Shown piece after piece: positions 36,539 through 48,500 of a stretch of 64,000 nt of DNA. Position 1 is the first letter of the stretch, and every line of letters starts with the position of its first letter. The notes beneath the pieces were generated by a model. That model did not search any database. It saw only the letters and a program-made list of their open reading frames with translations, and was not told the DNA's origin. The stretch lies in NCBI GenBank assembly GCA_002269645.1, contig NIVC01000666.1, positions 248,001 through 312,000 on the forward strand. The letters are read 5' to 3'. Position numbers and translations under genes: made by a program. Source of the DNA: Macrostomum lignano. Lineage: Eukaryota.

Positions 36539-39500
36539 TCAGAGCAGCAGCTGCAGCACGCCGCCACCTGCCGGACTCTTCACCAGCCGCGGCCCGCCGC
36601 CCGCCTCGGCCGCCTGCTTGACCTCCACCTGGCAGGCCGGCTTGCTGTTGCCATGGCAACGGAATGTCAACCGGTCGGCCAGGCGCACCGGCAGATCCCG
36701 GCCGGCCAGCTGGCAGGCCCGGCGGAGCACCGCCACCAGCTCCGTCAGCCGCTCCTCGCCGGTGAGCGGCGCGCCCGCCTCCGTGGTCAGAATCTGGCGC
36801 GCGGGGGAGGCGGAGAGTGGCTTATTCACCCTCATATTAGCTGTATCGCTCCCCATCCGCCCGTATATCCGCTCCCTATCCGCCCTTATATCCGCTCCCT
36901 ATCCGCCCGAATATCCGCTCTCCATCCGCCTCAATATCCGCTCTCCATCCGCCCCAATATCCGCTCTCCATCCGCCTCAATATCCGCTCTTCATCCGCCC
37001 CCAAATCCGCTCCCCATCCGCCCCAATATCCGCTCTCCATCCGCCTCAATATCCGCTCTTCATCCGCCCCCAAATCCGCTCCCCATCCGCCCCAATATCC
37101 GCTCTCCATCCGCCTCAATATCCGCTCCCCATCCGCCCCAATATCCGCTCCCCATCCGCCCCAATATCCGCTCCCCATCCGCCCCAATATCCGCTCTCCA
37201 TCCGCCTCAATATCCGCTCCCCATCCGCCCCAATATCCGCTCTCCATCCGCCTCAATATCCGCTCTCCATCCGCCCCAATATCCGCTCCCCATCCGCCCC
37301 TCACCATCAGCAGGTCGCCGCCGGCGCCGCGCCCGTCGAAGGCCAGGCAGACGGCGGGGTCGCCGGCCGAGCGGGTGAGGGACAGCCAGGCCAGACCAGC
37401 CAGGGGCCGCACCGGCCCCACCAGGTTGGCGCCGCGCTGGTCCGCCTTGGCGACGCCCAGGCCGCTGATCAGCAGGCAGCGCCGGGTCATCTTGAAGGCG
37501 CCGCCCCGCTCAGCCTTGACCACAGGGTGGGAGAACAGCAGCTGGCCGGGAATCTTGGCAGCCGCCCGCGGCCTGGGAAGCTGGTACTCGCCAAGCCAGC
37601 GCCGCGGCAGGCCGGCCCTCAGGCGGTCGGTGCCGAGCAGCAGCTCGCAGCTGGCCAGCTTCAGCCGGAACTCCGGCCTCTCGTGCCTGGGAATCGAGGC
37701 CAGCATGCGCTCGGCACGCCAGCGGTTGTGCACCCGGCGCAGCTCGGCCAGCAGGCCGGCCAAGGCCGCCGGCGGTCTCTCCGGCCATTCGACGCCTCGG
37801 CCGAGGTCCTTCCGCCTGGCGACGCCGTCGAATGCGGCGCAGACGCGCAAGATGTAGGCGCGGATTTTGTAGCGCCGATAGCGCCGGGCGATGATGCAGG
37901 CGGCGCGCAGGCGGGCGAACCGACGCCGGGCCAGCAGGCCGCGAACTCGCTGCGGTTTTTTTATCAATATTGTAGAGAAAAATTGCTAGCCACAATAATT
38001 TTTTTCCGGCTATGTGCGTTATAGTTACTAAACTACTTACAGTAGAGCAATTAACAATTTTCGCGAAATCGATTTTTTCACGTTCAATAATATTATTATT
38101 ATTGATTGCTTCATCGATTTGAGTAAAATAATCGAATTTTTGTTTCAGGCTGTCACGATAAAAACAAAAAATAAAGTTAAAAATAAGACAATCAAATCAA
38201 TGTTTCTATGAAAGACGGCACAAACGTTTGGATATAGAAACTCGTATGCATGCTAAAACTGTGCAGCATTTTGAGCAGTGGCAATAAAAGATGGGGATCA
38301 AGGTGGGAGAATTGGGAGATTAACTAGGTGAGAACTGTAAGATCAGGGATGAGAAGTGCTAGACTAAAGGTGAGAAGTGTGAGATTAAGGGTGAGAAGTG
38401 CGAGACTAAAGGCGAGAAGTGTGAGATCAAAGGTGAGGTGTGAGATCAGGGGTGAGATGAGGAAGATGCAGGGTTGCGGAGTCCAACCGCAGCCCAAACC
38501 CAAGCACAGTTAACTCTAAGAAGCGAGATTTTCAAAAGCGCAATTCGATAGCAACAACATCGGCATGCAGAGGGAAGGCTTGGGTCCAGAACTGAAGAGC
38601 ACTTACAGTCTGAATCCACACGGCCAGCCGGTACTTGGCAAAGTAGATCCTGCCAAGCCTACCCCTATAATGCTGCGATTGCGTAATCAGGGTGAAAGTG
38701 GTTTTAAGTAGCATCTGTTGCGGATTGTATGGCAACATTTTAAAGAAATTAAATAGAATTAAGCAATATTAGCTAAAAATGCAAACCACACTACTGTGGC
38801 AAGTAGAGTAATAAGAAAAGTTGCACCATGTTTACGCCTAAAAAGCGATTGTATTCTGCACTTATTAAAATCTAACTTTGGCCAACTAAATAAAAACATT
38901 TTTCAAAGCAATTAAAATGATGAATAGTTGTTAAGCGAAGGCAATGCTTGGGCTTATAGTAAAACTGCTAAATATAGAAGCAACTGGCTGAATTGTAATT
39001 CAGTTGCCAAACCCACCCAATTAATTTCTAATGTGCATCTACAATTGGCTTAAAAGGCGAATGACTAACATAAACTGCAGCACGTAAATGTATTTTTTTA
39101 TACCTGACGCATCTTTAACCGCCTCTGCTTTATGTGTGGATTGCTATTTCACATTTTCAAGCGTTTGCACCCTTGCATGACTTATGTTGCTTCACCATCC
39201 TCTCCTCACCATTGCCTTTGATGACTTTGATCTTTCCCGTCCCTTCATCTCCCTTCCCGTCCCTTCATCTCCCTTCCCGTCCCTTCATCTCCCTTCCCGT
39301 CCCTTCATCTCCCTTCCCGTCCCTTCATCTCCCTTCCCATCCCTTCATCTCCCTTCCCGTCCCTTCATCTCCTCTCCTGTCCCTTCATCTCCTCTCCTGT
39401 CCCTTCATCTCCCTTCCTGTCCCTTCATCTCCCCTCTCACCCTTTATCTCCTACTCTCACCCTTCATCTCCCCCTCTCACCCTTTATCTCCCCTTCCATC

Positions 39501-42500
39501 CTTCATCTCCCCTCTCACCCTTCATCTCCCACTCTCACCCTTCATCTCCTCCTGCAGCCCAGCCTCACCTTCTGTATAACGGTAACCACAGCGGGCAGGG
39601 CTCGAACCCGGGCCTGCTCAAGCGCGAACACGGTCCTGGCGTGCCGCACGAACAGCTTGCTGACTCCGTAGCGAACCCTGTCCTCGGAGTCCAGCTGCAG
39701 GCGGGCCAGGATGCTGCGAGCCGCATCTCTGGGCGGCATGCCGGGCGGCGGGTGCGGCCAGACCGCTGGCGAGTCGCACAGCTTGTAGCGCTGCAGGAAG
39801 TAGGGGTACGGCAGCCGCAGGGCGAAGCCGGCTCTCCGCACTCTGGCGCTCTCCAGCAGGTTCAGGTAGCGGGCCTGGTGCTCCACCAGCCGGCTATCGA
39901 AGCTGCCAGGCTGCTTGGAGCCGTTGGGCTTCAGGCAGCGAACGTAGTGAGGCCTCATGCCCGCCAGCCGCTGCACCAGAGCCTGGATGCTCTGCTTGAA
40001 CAGCAGCCCAGCTGATGGCGGCCGCTTCTGGACTCTGTTGGCCGCCTCTGCGCCCTCCGGCCACTGGGAGGACAGGTGCCGGTCCGAGCTGAGGGGTGTG
40101 TTTATGGAGGCCAGGTCTGGTCTAGAGCGTGTGTTTATGGAGGCCGGGTCTGGTCTAGAGCGTGTTTATGGAGGCCGGGTCTGGTCTAGAGCGTGTTTAT
40201 GGAGGCCGGGTCTGGTCTAGAGCGTGTGTTTATGGAGGCCGGGTCTGGTCTAGAGCGTGTTTATGGAGGCCGGGTCTGGTCTAGAGCGTGTTTATGGAGG
40301 CCGGGTCTGGTCTAGAGCGTGTGTTTATGGAGGCCGGGTCTGGTTAAAAGCGTGTTTATGGAGGCCGGGTCTGGTCTAGAGCGTGTTTATGGAGGCCGGG
40401 TCTGGTCTAGAGCGTGTGTTTATGGAGGCCGGGTCTGGTCTAGAGCGTGTTTATGGAGGCCGGGTCTGGTCTAGAGCGTGTTTATGGAGGCCGGGTCTGG
40501 TCTAGAGCGTGTTTATGAAGGTTTAATCTGTGTAGAGTGTGGTTAAGGATGTTTACTCTGTCTACATTGTGTTTATGGAGGTATAATCTGGTTTAGAGTG
40601 TGTTCCAGAGGCGGATCGGGCAGCACTTCAATGCAATATTCGCAGGCCAATCTCAGACCTCAGGCACAGGTGGCCAAATAAACCAATTAGCCAACCCAGG
40701 GCGGCAAGGTGCAAATTTGTGGCAGGCGAGAGAAAGCAGTGAAGCTTTAATTCGCTGAATAAATATGAACTGCAATATTTTTGCTGTAATTGATATGTCA
40801 GATTAGCTATGAAAATTTCAGAAAGGATGGGGTTACCGAGCCACTGGAGTTAGAGGTGAATTTTTAATGACAGATTAATTTGCGCACCTGGCATTAAGAA
40901 TGAATATTTGTGTGCACGCGACTTTTGCGAAGCCTGCGTCGTGCGAAGGTAAATAAAAAATTGGTCACGGGTAGATGGCAGGGGTCGTACAGGTACTAAG
41001 GCAGTAGGGTACAGTGTAGATGCTTGGTAGTCTACAGCAGAAGGTAGATTGCAGGCTAAATATGCTGAGGGTACACAGAATAGCGGACATAGAGGGTAGA
41101 TCAGACAGGGTAAATAGGGAGGGCAGACAGGCACAATCTACAGAAAGGTAGATAGGAGGGGTAGACAGGCACAATCTACAGAAAGGTAGATAGGAGGGGT
41201 AGACAGGCACAATCTACAGAAAGGTAGATAGGAGGGGTAGACAGGCACAATCTACAGAAAGGTAGATAGGAAGGGTAGACAGGCACAATCTACAGAAAGG
41301 TAGATAGGAGGGGTAGACAGGAGCAATCTACAGAAAGGTAGATAGGAAGGGTAGACAGGCACAATCTACAGAAAGGTAGATAGGGAGGGTAGACAGGAGC
41401 AATCTACAGAAAGGTAGATAGAGAGGGTAGACAGGCACAATCTACAGAAAGGTAGATAGGAGGGGTAGACAGGCACAATCTACAGAAAGGTAGATAGCAA
41501 GGGTAGACAGGCACAATCTACAGAAAGGTAGATAGGAAGGGTAGACAGGCACAATCTACAGAAAGGTAGATAGGAAGGGTAGACAGGCACAATCTACAGA
41601 AAGGTAGATAGGAGGGGTAGACAGGCACAATCTACAGAAAGGTAGATAGGAAGGGTAGACAGGCACAATCTACAGAAAGGTAGATAGGGAGGGTAGACAG
41701 GCACAATCTACAGAAGGGTAGATAGGAAGGGTAGACAGGCACAATCTACAGAAAGGTAGATAGGGAGGGTAGACAGGAGCAATCTACAGAAAGGTAGATA
41801 GAGAGGGTAGACAGGCACAATCTACAGAAAGGTAGATAGGAAGGGTAGACAGGCACAATCTACAGAAAGGTAGATAGGAAGGGTAGACAGGCCCGCACCT
41901 GCTGTACAGCAGCCGCTTGAAGTCCTGGTACAACGTGTCCTTGTTCTTGTCCAGAAAGTTCTCCACTGAGTACACCACGGCTCCAGCGTAATGGGTGATG
42001 CGGAAGTCCCTCTCGTGCTGCATCGCCTTGTCGGCCGGGCTCAGCTTCCGGCTGTCAAAGTGCGGGCTCGGCCGCTGCTGGAACTCGCGCTCGCAGCGGG
42101 CGAGGAACTCGCGGTCGGTGAGCTGGCCGGGGCGCAGGCAGGTCTCGTCCAGCAGGGCGAACAGCCCGCTGGTGGGCCGGTCAATGAGCTCGCAGATTGG
42201 CTCGTTGTTGAAGTATTGGATCTGCGGCCAGGGCAGTGGTTGGCGTCACTTTTGCTTGATGGGGTCACTTAGGATTAAATGGGATCACGTAGGATCAATT
42301 GGGATCACGTAGGATCAATTAGGATCACATAGGATCAATTTGGATCACGTAGGATCAATTGGGATCACGTAGGATCAATTGGGATCACGTAGGATCAATT
42401 GGGATCACGTAGGATCAATTGGGATCACGTAGGATCAATTGGGATCACGTAGGATCAATTGGGATCACGTAGGATCAATTGGGATCACGTAGGATCAATT

Positions 42501-45500
42501 GGGATCACGTAGGATCAATTGGGGTCGTCACTTAGGATCAATTAGGATCACATAGGATCAATTGGGGTCACTGAGAGTCAGTTAGGGTCACTGAGAGTCA
42601 GTTAGGGTCACTGAGAGTCAGTTAGGGTCACTGAGAGTCAGTTAGGGTCACTGAGAGTCAGTTAGGGTCACTCTGAGTCAGTTAGGGTCACTGAGAGTCA
42701 GTTAGGGTCACTGAGAGTCAGTTAGGGTCACTGAGAGTCAGTTAGGGTCACTGAGAGTCAGTTAGGGTCACTGAGAGTCAGTTAGGGTCACTGAGAGTCA
42801 GTTAGGGTCACTGGGAGTCAAATTTGGTCACTCTGAGTCAGTTAGGGTCACTGAGAGTCATTTAGGGTCACTCTGAGTCAGTTAGGGTCACTGAGAGTCA
42901 TTTAGGGTCACTGAGAGTCAGTTAGGGTCACTGAGAGTGGTCACTGAGAGTCAGTTAGGGTCACTGAGAGTCAGTTAGGGTCACTGAGAGTGGTCACTGA
43001 GAGTCAGTTAGGGTCACTGAGAGTCAGTTAGGGTCACTGAGAGTCAGTTAGGGTCACTGAGAGTCAGTTAGGGTCACTGAGAGTCATTTAGGGTCACTGA
43101 GAGTCAGTTAGGGTCACTGAGAGTCAGTTAGGGTCACTGAGAGTCAGTTAGGGTCACTGAGAGTCAGTTAGGGTCACTGAGAGTCAGTTAGGGTCACTGG
43201 GAGTCAGTTAGGGTCACTGAGAGTCATTTAGGGTCACTGAGAGTCAGTTAGGGTCACTGGGAGTCAAATTTGGTCACTCTGAGTCAGTTAGGGTCACTGA
43301 GAGTCATTTAGGGTCACTGAGAGTCAGTTAGGGTCACTGAGAGTCAGTTAGGGTCACTCTGAGTCAGTTAGGGTCACTGAGAGTCAGTTAGGGTCACTGA
43401 GAGTCAGTTAGGGTCACTGAGAGTCAGTTAGGGTCACTGAGAGTCAGTTAGGGTCACTGAGAGTCAGTTAGGGTCACTGGGAGTCAAATTTGGTCACTCT
43501 GAGTCATTTAGGGTCACTGAGAGTCAGTTGGGGTCACTGAGAGTCATTTAGGGTCACTGAGAGTCAGTTAGGGTCACTGAGAGTCATTTAGAGTCACTGA
43601 GAGTCATTTAGGGTCACTGAGAGTCAAATGTGGTCACTGAGAGTCAGTTGGGGTCACTGAGAGACATTCAGAAATATGCAACCGAAAAGCAATGGAAGCC
43701 AGCCAGTGTGAAGCAATGTTCTACAGGCAGGAACTTGTCGCGTAACTGCTGTGTCAAATTCAAATAATCTGTTATAAACAAAAGCCAAGTTAAAAACGGG
43801 GCACCCCTCAAGGCTTAAAATCTTGTCAGAATAACTTTCTCAGCGAAGCCGCTGGGTACAGGGCCTTACGATGTTCAAAGTTTTGCTAATGACATCGCGC
43901 TAAGCGTTTCACTGTTTCACTGCGTCATGAAATGCCTTAAAGTTGGTTTGCAGTCTGCATAGAGCCAAGTGAAACTGACTGCATTGAGGGGCGGGAGAGC
44001 AACAAGAGGGCAAGAGATAAGGGAGAGAGAGAGGCTATAAAGGGAAAATAATGAGATTAGAATGAAGCGGGGAGATGGGGAGGGAGAGACAGAGACTGGG
44101 GGGCAGAGGGAGGACGGAGAGAATGAGTGGGGAGGGAGAGAAGGGAGTGGAAAGGGAGAAGTGGATCGGGAGGGAGAGAAGGGGTGGGAGGGAGAGAAGG
44201 GGCTGGGGAGGGAGAAGTGGATGGGGAGGGAGAGAAGGGGGTGGGGAGGGAGAAGTGGATGGGGAGGGAGAGAAGGAGGTGGGGAGGGAGAAGTGGATGG
44301 GGAGGGAGAGAAGGGGGTGGGGAGGGAGAAGTGGATGGGGAGGGAGAGAAGGGGGTGGGGAGGGAGAAGTGGATGGGGAGGGAGAGAAGGAGGTGGGGAG
44401 GGAGAAGTGGATGGGGAGGGAGAGAAGGGGGTGGGGAGGGAGAAGTGGATGGGGAAGGAGAGAAGGGGGTGGGGAGGGAGAAGTGGATGGGGAGGGAGAA
44501 GTGGATGGGGAGGGAGAAGTGGATGGGGAGGGAGAAGTGGATGGGGAGGGAGAGAAGGGGGTGGGAGGGAGAGAAGGGGGTGGGAGGGAGAAGTGGATGG
44601 GGAGGGAGAGAAGGAGGTGGGGAGGGAGAAGTGGATGGGGAGGGAGAGAAGGGGGTGGGGAGGGAGAAGTGGATGGGGAGGGAGAGAAGGGGGTGGGGAG
44701 GGAGAAGTGGATCGGGAGAGAGAAGTGGATGGGGAGGGAGAAGTGGATGGGGAGGGAGAAGTGGATGGGGAGGGAGAGAAGAAGGTGGGGAGGGAGAAGT
44801 GGATGGGGAGGGAGAAGTGGATGGGGAGGGAGAAGTGGATGGGGAGGGAGAAGTGGATGGGGAGAGAAGGGGGTGGAAGGGAGAAGGGGTGGAAGGGAGA
44901 AGGGGTGGAAGGGAGAAGGGGTGGAAGGGAGAAGGGGTGGAAGGGAGAAGGGGTGGAAGGGAGAAGGGGTGGAAGGGAGAAGGGGTGGAAGGGAGAAGGG
45001 GTGGAAGGGAGAAGGGGTGGAAGGGAGAAGGGGTGGAAGGGAGAAGGGGTGGAAGGGAGAAGGGGTGGAAGGGAGAAGAGGTGGAAGGGAGAAGAGGTGG
45101 AAGGGAGATAAGTGAGGTTAGAACAAGGCCAGGAACAGATGCATGCAAAGCGCAGAGCAAAGATTCAGGTGACGTGAGCACAGACTCAGAACACACCTGA
45201 ACGCATTAACTAAGCAGCGCTAATCAAGACAGACGGCATTCAATAACCACACAGTCCTGCATAAGCCTTATTAGCTCGCACAAAAAACAAAAACTGTAAA
45301 AGGAGATCAAGACGGCGGGAACCGCCCATATCCGCTCTCGAATCCACATCTCTTCCAATTCATTTCTGTCACGCATTCGCTCACTTGACACGCCCAAAAC
45401 CTGATCCACAAGGCAATGGATGGGCAGGAGGCGGTCACGCCGCTCCCGAGAGAGGAAGATCGAAACGGCACGGGTCGGAAAAGCCTCGACAAAAAAGCAG

Positions 45501-48500
45501 CAGAGCTGTCACGCGAGTTCAACAGAGAGCGCATAGCAGACACAATAGAGTGCTCAAACAAGCAGAGACAGGAGCGAGAGAGAGAGAGAGAGAGAAGAGA
45601 GACATTAAGCAATAAACTAAACAATGAACTCAGCTTAGAAGTGTACGCTGGGGACCCTCAACTACATTTCACGCAGTAATAAATGCAGAATGGCTCGCAC
45701 AATGTCTTCACCACACCGAACATTGAATAGCTGGGAGGCCAAGTGGCTGAGGGTGAGACAGGAATTCCTGGCGTGCCAATTGACTGCTCAGCTTTGAGTT
45801 GTGCTCTGCGGTATTCACTAGGCAAAGTGCTCAGAGAATTCTGGTACTGGTCAACTGCTGATGCCTACGGTGGAATACAGCGTTTTGGAGAGGAGAGAAG
45901 AGATGTGGTGGAGTTGGGACGGAGAAAATGGAATAGGGGAGGAGAGGGAGAGAAGGGAGAGGCACAGAAGGGAGAGGCACAGAAGCGAGAGGCACAGAAG
46001 GGAGAGGCACAGAAAGGAGAGGCACAGAAGGGAGAGGCACAGAAGGGAGAGGCACAGAAGGGAGAGGCACAGAAGGGAGAGGCACAGAAGGGAGAGGCAC
46101 AGAAGGGAGAGGCACAGAAGGGAGAGGCACAGAAGGGAGAGGCACAGAAGGGAGAGGCACAGAAGGGAGAGGCACAGAAGGGAGAGGCACAGAAGGGAGA
46201 GGCACAGAAGGGAGAGGCACAGAAGGGAGAGGCACAGAAGGGAGAGGCACAGAAGGGAGAGGCACAGAAGCGAGAGGCACAGAAGGGAGAGGCACAGAAG
46301 GGAGAGGCACAGAAGGGAGAGGCACAGAAGCGAGAGGCACAGAAGGGAGAGGCACAGAAGGGAGAGGCACAGAAGCGAGAGGCACAGAAGGGAGAGGCAC
46401 AGAAGCGAGAGGCACAGAAGGGAGAGGCACAGAAGCGAGAGGCACAGAAGCGAGAGGCACAGAAGGGAGAGGCACAGAAGGGAGAGAAAGAGATAAGTGA
46501 TCTGAGAATGCGAGCTGTAAATGACATTCGTAGAAGAAGAAATTCAAGAATATCAGCAAAGCCTAAAACCATCAAAGAAAAGCACAAAAAGTGAGGCGGT
46601 GCCTCACTAGCGAGCAAAGGCTGCAGTTGTAGCAGCAGTCAACCTTATCAGCAAGAGCTGCAGAAAATCTTGTTCTAAACTTAACCGGCTTGCTTATCTT
46701 AAAAAAACAGTCTGTTTCTCCGGTGCTAAACAGACAGCATGGAGCCCCCTAAAATTACGACTATTGCACAAAATAAAAGAGCTTTATGAATGAAACGTCT
46801 ATTTGCAGAATTTAGAATTAAAAAAGCCTGGGGCAATGATATAAACAAATGCTCTGAATATGGAGTCCAGGCGAAATGGAAGGAGAGAGGCGAATAGGTG
46901 AGGCATTACAGAATAAGAGGGAGTGCTGAAGGGAGAGAGGGGAAGGGAGAGAGGAAGGGAGAGAGAAGAAGAGAGGAAGGAAGAGAGGAGGAGAGAGGAG
47001 TGGAAAGAGGAAGGGAGAGAGGAAGGGAGAGGAAGGGAGAGAGGAAGGGAGAGAGGAAGAAGAGACGAAGGGAGAGAGGAAGGGAGAGAGGAAGGGAGAG
47101 AGGAGGGGAGAAAGGAAGGGAGAGAGGAAGGGAGAGAGGAAGGGAGAGAGGAAAGGAGAGAGGAAAGGAGAGAGGAAGGGAGAGAGGAAGGGAGAGAGGA
47201 AGAAGAGACGAAGGGAGAGAGGAAGGGAGAGAGGGAGAGAGGAAGGGTGAGAGGAAGGGAGAGAGGAATAAGAGAGGAATGGAGAGAGGAAGGGAGAGAG
47301 GAATGGAGAGGAAGGGAGAGAGGAAGGGAGAGGAAGGGAGAGGAAGGGAGAGAGGAAGGGAGAGAGGAAGGGTGACAGTGAAAAGACCAAAAAGATCAAC
47401 ACTGATTCAAAACTAAACTCGAGCTACCGGGCAGCAGAGGCAACTCACATGCTCCCACTGGATGCCTTCCCTCTCGTACTCCTCCTGCTCCTGCTTGAGG
47501 ATGAGCTCGATAAACAGCTGCTGCAGGCGCTCGTTGCAGTAGTTGATGCAGAACTGCTCGAAGCTGCAAAATCAGAATTAAGAATTTTGTCTTTTATTTG
47601 TTTTTAAGATCAATAAAAACTATACTTAAAACCCAATGGTCCTAAAACTGAAGAGACGGAAGCGACTCAAAGCTGAAGCCTGAAGAATTCAAACCCGAAG
47701 TGACTCAAACCTGAAGCGACTCAAACCTGAAGCGACTCAAACCTGAAGCGACTCAAACCTGAAGCGACTCAAACCTGAAGCGACTCAAACCTGAAGCGAC
47801 TCAAACCTGAAGCGACTCAAACCTGAAGCGACTCAAACCTGAAGCGACTCAAACCTGAAGCGACTCAAACCTGAAGCGACTCAAACCTGAAGCGACTCAA
47901 ACCTGAAGCGACTCAAACCTGAAGCGACTCAAACCTGAAGGACTCAAACCTGAAGGACTCAAACCTGAAGGACTCAAACCTGAAGGACTCAAACCTGAAG
48001 GACTCAAACCTGAAGGACTCAAACCTGAAGGACTCAAACCTGAAGGACTCAAACCTGAAGCCTGAAGCTCCTCAAACCTGAAGTCTGAAGCTACTCAAAC
48101 CTGAAGGACTCAAACCTGAAGCTCCTCAAACCTGAAGCCTGAAGCTCCTCAAACCTGAAGCCTGAAGCTACTCAAACCTGAAGCCTGAAGCTACTCAAAC
48201 CTGAAGCCTGAAGCTACTCAAACCTGAAGCCTGAAGCTACTCAAACCTGAATCCTGAAGCTACTCAAACCTGAAGCCTGAAGCTACTCAAACCTGAATCC
48301 TGAAGCTACTCAAACCTGAAGCCTGAAGTCATGCACCAGCAGCCTGAAGCCCCACCCAAAGCCCCAGTCCCCAACCTGTTAATCTCGAAGATCTCGAACC
48401 CGTAGATGTCGAGAATGCCGATGGCCCGCCGTTTGTCGCCGTCGCTGTCGAAGTGGCCAGCGGCAGCCAGCGCCGAGTTCACTTTCTCGAAGACGAAGTT

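Noticed and set aside
33800-43660. Regular 20-38-bp repeats as CRISPR arrays
   Set aside because: No unique spacers, no cas genes, spliceosomal context.
44057-47416. Gly/Arg/Glu-rich and KGEAQ/RRERH ORFs
   Set aside because: Purine tandem repeats inside myosin intron 6; flanking exons join directly (WEH|IQYFNN).
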